Notes under the pieces: model-generated
Seen by the model: only the letters and a program-made list of their open reading frames with translations
Told to the model about the DNA's origin: nothing
The model's database searches: none
Assembly (NCBI GenBank): GCA_029258885.1
Contig: JAPDJW010000002.1
Coordinates: 416,001 to 480,000, forward strand
DNA: 64,000 nt
Reading direction: 5' to 3'
DNA from: Thermoproteota archaeon
GTDB lineage: Archaea > Thermoproteota > Thermoprotei > Thermofilales > B9-G17
Part shown: in pieces, positions 58,939-64,000 of the stretch
Numbering within the stretch: position 1 is the first letter of the stretch
Layout: each line of letters begins with the position of its first letter
Translations under genes and position numbers: made by a program

Positions 58939-59622
58939 ATGAAGGTGATGAACAGAATAAGGACGGGAACTAAAGGATTAGATGAACTTATAGAAGGAGG
59001 TTTTCCTGAAAATTCTCTAATACTCCTCGCTGGCCATCCAGGTACAGGTAAAACTATAATGTCATGGCAATTCCTAATCGAAGGAGCTAGAAATGGAGAG
59101 AAGGGTCTGTATATATCTTTTATGGAGTCCCCCGAAGAACACGTAAGGAATTTAAAAGAGGTTAGTATAGATATACAGCCCTTTATTGACCGTGGACTAA
59201 TAGAGATATTAGAGCTCATGCCAACTCTAGATAAAGGTCTTGAATCTACATTAAATTTAATTTGGCAGAAAATCGAAGAGTTTAGGCCCAAAAGAATAGT
59301 CTTAGATTCTGTTACAGCAATATTAATGGTCGTACCTAGGCCCGAATCAAGGGTCATAGTACATTTATTTAAAAAAGTTATTAGGAAATTCGGTTCTACA
59401 GCAATATTAATAGTCGAGGTTCCCGTGGGAAAGGAAAGCATAGGCTATAGTGTTGAGGAATTTGTTGCTGATGGAATAATATTCTTAAGGCACTACCATA
59501 CAGGCCATGAAAGACTTATTAAGCTCGATATAATTAAGATGAGAGGAACTAATCACAGTAACTTATCTCATGCTATACATATATCTAATGAGGGCTTAGA
59601 AATAACCGGGATAGCTATTTAA
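58939..59622 (+). CDS. Single-domain KaiC/RecA-superfamily ATPase
   Basis: RIRTG..GLDELI.GGFP; GHPGTGKT; RIVLDS; EFVADGII.L; KMRGT.H. Confidence 0.9.
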   Translation: MKVMNRIRTGTKGLDELIEGGFPENSLILLAGHPGTGKTIMSWQFLIEGARNGEKGLYISFMESPEEHVRNLKEVSIDIQPFIDRGLIEILELMPTLDKGLESTLNLIWQKIEEFRPKRIVLDSVTAILMVVPRPESRVIVHLFKKVIRKFGSTAILIVEVPVGKESIGYSVEEFVADGIIFLRHYHTGHERLIKLDIIKMRGTNHSNLSHAIHISNEGLEITGIAI

Positions 59623-59828
59623 CCTTATATTAACATCTATTTTATCCCTATAAGTAATTATAAGATCCACTTAAGCTAGCCTCTACATCTTTAAATCAAA
59701 AGCCATTAGGTTACGTTAGTTCGTAGCAAGATGATACATATACATAAAATTATTAACATTTAGTGACGCTAATTTAAACTTAAATTAGCAAAAGATATTT
59801 AAGCTAAAGATACTTAAAAATAGGGTCA

Positions 59829-61088
59829 TTGAGGTGTGTTTTAATGGATATAGCTTATTTTGTATGGGAATATCCACCTCGACTTGTTGGTGGACTTGGA
59901 ACTTATGCTACCGAAATTACTAGACAGTTTGTTAAGATGGGACATAACGTATCTGTCTTCACGCTGAATCCTGGGAACCTTAAAACTAGGGAGCTTATAG
60001 CTGGAGTAGAGGTACATAGACCATTGCTTGTAGACTTATCAGACATAATATTTGATGTTGTAGCTGAGGATATTAAAAGGTGGGGTCCTGGAATAAAGTT
60101 CTTTGCTGATATATTCCTCTATAATTTGCTCTCAGCTTCGAAGCTTGTAAACGACCTCGTTAAGGGCGAACGCAGAAGCTTCGATATAATATCCGCACAT
60201 GACTGGCTCTCGGTAATATCAGGCATAGTATCTAAAAAAGAGCTTAATATCCCGATGGTATTTCATATACACTCTACGGAACAAGGCAGAACTATGGGTA
60301 ACGGATCAAAAGTTGTTATGGAGCTGGAGAAGAAAGGAGGTCTACATGCCGACGCAATAATAACCGTGTCGAACTCCATGAAGAAGGAGTTAACAGAACT
60401 CGGATATCCAGCCGAAAAAATTAGGGTAGTATGGAACGGAGTAGATGCAAATAAATACGACCCATCAAGGGTGTCCGAGGAGAGGATAAGGGAGATAAGG
60501 GCAAAATATGGTATAGGCGACGATGACTTCATGATATTTTTTATAGGTCGACTAGCTAGAGTAAAGGGGGTAGACAAGCTAATTCAGGCCATGCCCTACG
60601 TACTGGAGAAGCATCCAAGTGCAAAGCTCGTAATAGTTGGGCTAGGCGATCTAAAGAATAAGCTAGTCAAACAAGCAAAAGTTCTAGGGATAGCTGATAA
60701 AGTAAAGTTTAGATTTGAATTCATATCCGAGGATGAAAGAATAGCCCACTACGCGGCCTGTGACGTAGCTGTCTTTCCTAGCCTCTATGAGCCGTTCGGA
60801 ATAGTAGCACTAGAGGCAATGTCCATGGCAAGGCCCGTAGTCGTGGGAGCAAGAGGAATATGCGGCTTTAAGGAAAGCGTGGTGCCAGCTGGGCCTGAAC
60901 AGACAGGAATACATGTAAACCCGTATGATCCGAGGGATATAGCTTGGGGAATAAACTGTATCCTAGATGATCCGGAAAAGGGAAAATGGATGGGTGAAAA
61001 CGGCAGGAGAAGAGTTCTAAAGGAATTTACGTGGAAGAAAATAGCTGAAAAGACCATTAAAATATATGAAGAGGTTGCATCAAAATAG
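59829..61088 (+). CDS. GT4 glycosyltransferase (archaeal glycogen synthase-like)
   Basis: WEYPP..VGGLG, HDWL, HSTE.GR, IGRL..VKG and FPSLYEPFGIVALEAM. Confidence 0.88.
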   Translation: MRCVLMDIAYFVWEYPPRLVGGLGTYATEITRQFVKMGHNVSVFTLNPGNLKTRELIAGVEVHRPLLVDLSDIIFDVVAEDIKRWGPGIKFFADIFLYNLLSASKLVNDLVKGERRSFDIISAHDWLSVISGIVSKKELNIPMVFHIHSTEQGRTMGNGSKVVMELEKKGGLHADAIITVSNSMKKELTELGYPAEKIRVVWNGVDANKYDPSRVSEERIREIRAKYGIGDDDFMIFFIGRLARVKGVDKLIQAMPYVLEKHPSAKLVIVGLGDLKNKLVKQAKVLGIADKVKFRFEFISEDERIAHYAACDVAVFPSLYEPFGIVALEAMSMARPVVVGARGICGFKESVVPAGPEQTGIHVNPYDPRDIAWGINCILDDPEKGKWMGENGRRRVLKEFTWKKIAEKTIKIYEEVASK

Positions 61089-61242
61089 CAAATCATAGTT
61101 TAATTTCTTGAATATACGGTAGTGAAAGCATTTAACATAGGAAGTCAACATAGCTTCTTTTCAGTAATATAAAAACATCAATATAATAATAGATATATCG
61201 ATTATAATCTTCGATAATATTCTGAAATTAAAATCCTAAGAG

Positions 61243-62142
61243 ATGCGGAGAATGAGATTTGGGGTTATACCCTTAGACTTTAATGAGGCTATAAAAAAGC
61301 TTACTTCAGTTAATCCATTGATTAGAAGGGGCGTAAGTTTAAAGAAATACGCTGTTAAAGCTATTGAAAGCGGTTTTAAGCATATAGAAATCCCTCTGGA
61401 TATCCTTCAAGTATATCCAAAGCTCTTAGATAAAGGGGCGTTAAGGGAGATACTTGATATCACATCTGCTTGGAAAATTTCCATTTCTGCGCATCTTCCA
61501 ATATGGGGTATTGAGCTTTCGTGGGTAAACGAAGACATTAGGAGGGCGTCCGTAAAAACCGTAGTAAAATCGATAAAATATGTGGATATTCTTGAGCCCG
61601 AGTACTATGTCTTACACATAGCGGGAAAGCAGGTAAGTGAATTCGCGTTGCTCAGCTATACTAAGAAACCTATGAGAAAGATATGTAAAGTTTTAGCTCA
61701 ATATGCCGTTAGGAGTATAGATGAAATCGTGAGGAAGACGGATCTTGACAGTGAACTTTTAGCCCTAGAAACAGTAATGTTCCCCTACGATCTAACGCTG
61801 GAAGTTGCCCGGAGAACTGGTGCTTCCTTCCTAGTAGATACAGGCCACGTTCTCTCGGGACAGTGTGGAAACGTAGACCTTTACAGAATATTAGATGAGG
61901 TTAAGGATATGCTTGTAGGAATACATCTTCACGATGCCTACGTGAAGCGTGACAGCGAGGGCAACGTCATTCGACGCGACCACCTAATTATTGGCGAAGG
62001 ATCACTAGATATCCTAAGGTTCTTTAATAAATTAAAGGAAATAGGTTTCAACGGTCCAATAGTTATCGAACTATCACTTCCAGGCGCCATAGAGTCGCTA
62101 CGCCGGCTACATGAGATTATACCCGAGTTATTTAAGGTGTAA
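61243..62142 (+). CDS. Xylose-isomerase-like/AP-endonuclease-2 TIM-barrel metalloenzyme (possibly CbiR-like)
   Basis: SAHLP, YVLH, LALET, VDTGH, IHLHD, DH..IGEG and VIE metal-ligand pattern. Confidence 0.75.
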   Translation: MRRMRFGVIPLDFNEAIKKLTSVNPLIRRGVSLKKYAVKAIESGFKHIEIPLDILQVYPKLLDKGALREILDITSAWKISISAHLPIWGIELSWVNEDIRRASVKTVVKSIKYVDILEPEYYVLHIAGKQVSEFALLSYTKKPMRKICKVLAQYAVRSIDEIVRKTDLDSELLALETVMFPYDLTLEVARRTGASFLVDTGHVLSGQCGNVDLYRILDEVKDMLVGIHLHDAYVKRDSEGNVIRRDHLIIGEGSLDILRFFNKLKEIGFNGPIVIELSLPGAIESLRRLHEIIPELFKV

Positions 62143-62144
62143 GC

Positions 62145-63494
62145 ATGCTGTCAAGGTTTCAGAGGTTGATATATGGGTTAGCAAGGTTTGGGTCAAGTAC
62201 GCTATTAGGCGTATTTAATTTATCGAGCGTCTATATATACTGGAGCTACTATGGCTTAAATCCGGTTTTAACCGGATGGGTTAATGCTGTAGGGAAGATA
62301 GTTATAGCCTTTTCAGGCTATATCGTCGGATACCTGAGCGATATCACCAGTACGAGACTTGGGAAACGAAAGCCATATATTATAGCTGGAGCTATGCTAC
62401 TGGCTTTATCATTCACTCTCTACTATATCCCTCCAAGAGAGGTAATTACCTGCGGTCAAACTGCCGTATTTATCTATGCGCTTTTCTTTAACTCCCTCTT
62501 TAACTTCTCCTACGCCCTTCTAATAACCCCCTACCAGGCGTGGATGCCTGAGATAACTGAGCCCGGAGAAAGAGTGTATGTGTCAGCACTACAGAACATA
62601 GCTAACCTGCTTGCGGGGGCAGTTTCAGTCGCCGTAAGCTTCATAATGCCGTCAATACTTAAAATTGAAGAGAATATATTTACATTCATAATTCTCTTTT
62701 TATCAATACTTGAAATTCTACTCTATATTCCAACGATATTAACCATTCCAGCTGAAAAGGTGACAGTATTTTCTCAAAGCCTACTGAAGAATATGAGTGA
62801 GATTATAGGGAACTGGGAATACATTAAATGGATTCTCTGTCAGGGAGCAATATCGATATCCACGACAATAACATTATCCACTGTATTATCCTTCACGTCC
62901 ATGGTGCTGGGGCTTGGAAGGGGGTATAAGGAGATAGCCATGGGAGGTCTAGTGTTTATAGTAGCTGTAATTTTCTTTATTCTATGGGGTAAATCCTCCG
63001 AGATAATAGGGAGAAGAAGAACCATGTTAATATCCAACATAATCTTCTCAGTTTCACTAGCATCAACCGTAGCCCTAGCCTTCTTGGGAGAGGATATTAG
63101 AAGATATATAGGATACATATTTTTAGCGGGAACGGTTATAGGAGCATCAGGCTTCCACCTATTTTCATATGCAATCATTGCAGACATAGCACACGTAGAT
63201 CAGCTTAAATCGGGACTAAATAGAGCTGGACTATACACGGGCTTTAATAATATTGTATTGAACTCTTTCCAAACTGTAGGATACGTATTGGCGGGATATA
63301 TTCTAAGCCTTCCCCGGGCTCCCTACGGAGACTATACATACGGTTTACTCCTATGGGGACCTATAGCGGCCCTATTCGTGATACTAGGAAGCCTGATATT
63401 AGCTAGGACTAACGTAGAGCCGTTTAGAGGAGCAGCTCGAGGTTCTCAATATATGGGTCACACCAGTGGCTCCAATACTGTATCTGGTTCTTAA
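62145..63494 (+). CDS. GPH/MFS sugar-cation symporter family transporter
   Basis: GYLSD.TSTRLGKRKPYI, TPYQAWMPEI and IIADIA...RAGLY.G. Confidence 0.88.
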   Translation: MLSRFQRLIYGLARFGSSTLLGVFNLSSVYIYWSYYGLNPVLTGWVNAVGKIVIAFSGYIVGYLSDITSTRLGKRKPYIIAGAMLLALSFTLYYIPPREVITCGQTAVFIYALFFNSLFNFSYALLITPYQAWMPEITEPGERVYVSALQNIANLLAGAVSVAVSFIMPSILKIEENIFTFIILFLSILEILLYIPTILTIPAEKVTVFSQSLLKNMSEIIGNWEYIKWILCQGAISISTTITLSTVLSFTSMVLGLGRGYKEIAMGGLVFIVAVIFFILWGKSSEIIGRRRTMLISNIIFSVSLASTVALAFLGEDIRRYIGYIFLAGTVIGASGFHLFSYAIIADIAHVDQLKSGLNRAGLYTGFNNIVLNSFQTVGYVLAGYILSLPRAPYGDYTYGLLLWGPIAALFVILGSLILARTNVEPFRGAARGSQYMGHTSGSNTVSGS

Positions 63495-64000
63495 CAGGAA
63501 CGGGGTTCTCCTCTAATACTAGCTTTCTCCCCGCATATGCTAGGCTGAAAAGTTCGCTTGAATATAAGGCTACGCCCTCGGTAATCATGTGATCTAAATG
63601 GTTAATCAATATGCACTTTACGTCATTATCTCTCCTAGTAAGCTTAAGCAAGTCTATTAGGTAGGGTGTATCTCTAGGCCATATAACGCTACCGTGATAC
63701 TGCCTATCGTTGAGATACGGCTCCATTCTGCGCCTATTTACGAGTACTCCAAATAGTCCCCGCCTACCTTTCAAATACACCGGCTTCCTAAAGATGAATA
63801 TACTTTCGAAATACCTTAGATAATCACGTATTTCGGAACAATTGAACATTTCCCGGAGAAGCGATAAGGAAACTACACCAACCGAACTAGGCTCAATACA
63901 TTTAACTCCATTATATTCAAGCGAATAGAACCCATCTTTCGTAAGGAACTTCTCCCTGAATCTTTTCGGCATCTCCGATAAAGCTACCTTAACATTTGTT
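63424..64000 (-). CDS. C-terminal part of an amylo-alpha-1,6-glucosidase-like (alpha/alpha)6 glycoside hydrolase (partial, runs off the window)
   Basis: The frame is open from the window end (TNVKVALSEMPK...). QYHGSVIWPRD resembles the YH.G.VWP motif; followed by ELF and Q.WS. Confidence 0.6.
   Translation of the reverse strand, partial: TNVKVALSEMPKRFREKFLTKDGFYSLEYNGVKCIEPSSVGVVSLSLLREMFNCSEIRDYLRYFESIFIFRKPVYLKGRRGLFGVLVNRRRMEPYLNDRQYHGSVIWPRDTPYLIDLLKLTRRDNDVKCILINHLDHMITEGVALYSSELFSLAYAGRKLVLEENPVPVKNQIQYWSHWCDPYIENLELLL

Noticed and set aside
58939-59622. KaiC circadian clock
   Set aside because: Single RecA domain with no kaiA or kaiB; a common archaeal ATPase family.
1-64000. CRISPR arrays, tRNA/rRNA genes, transposases, inteins
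   Set aside because: No regularly spaced repeats, cloverleaf or T-loop signatures, transposase ORFs or oversized proteins with intein motifs were seen by eye.

Overview
64 kb of an archaeal chromosome, probably from a thermophilic, anaerobic, heterotrophic TACK/Thermoproteota-type organism. The taxonomy is inferred from the crenarchaeal-type SSB, tungsten AOR, archaeal LeuRS, Taw3, PAC2 and C/D-box sRNAs. There are about 55 intact CDSs. Housekeeping genes include leuS, ssb, thyA, nfo, trx, taw3, ppaC, a class II HMG-CoA reductase, Hsp20 and PAC2. Catabolic genes include GH18, GH2, GH35, M28/M20 peptidases and several transporters. Also present are a W/Mo-cofactor neighbourhood (modE, aor, radical-SAM maturase, with MoaD and mobB further away), dtxR-feoA-feoB, an orphan corrinoid protein plus RACo activator, four toxin-antitoxin modules and several decaying genes. 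No tRNA, rRNA, CRISPR array, intein or transposase was seen. The standout is a tightly coupled luxE-luxC-SDR(-M20) cluster at 30406-35385: a bacterial-type acyl-adenylate/acyl-reductase pair with its catalytic Cys motifs retained and no luxD or luxAB in the window. Non-coding highlights are a multi-guide C/D-box sRNA array (44420-44542), a C/D sRNA with a guide complementary to a tRNA-Lys(UUU)-type anticodon loop (50128-50182), a ModE-like box upstream of aor, a DtxR-like operator and a nested perfect 28-bp palindrome. All product calls come from motif recognition; no database searches were run.
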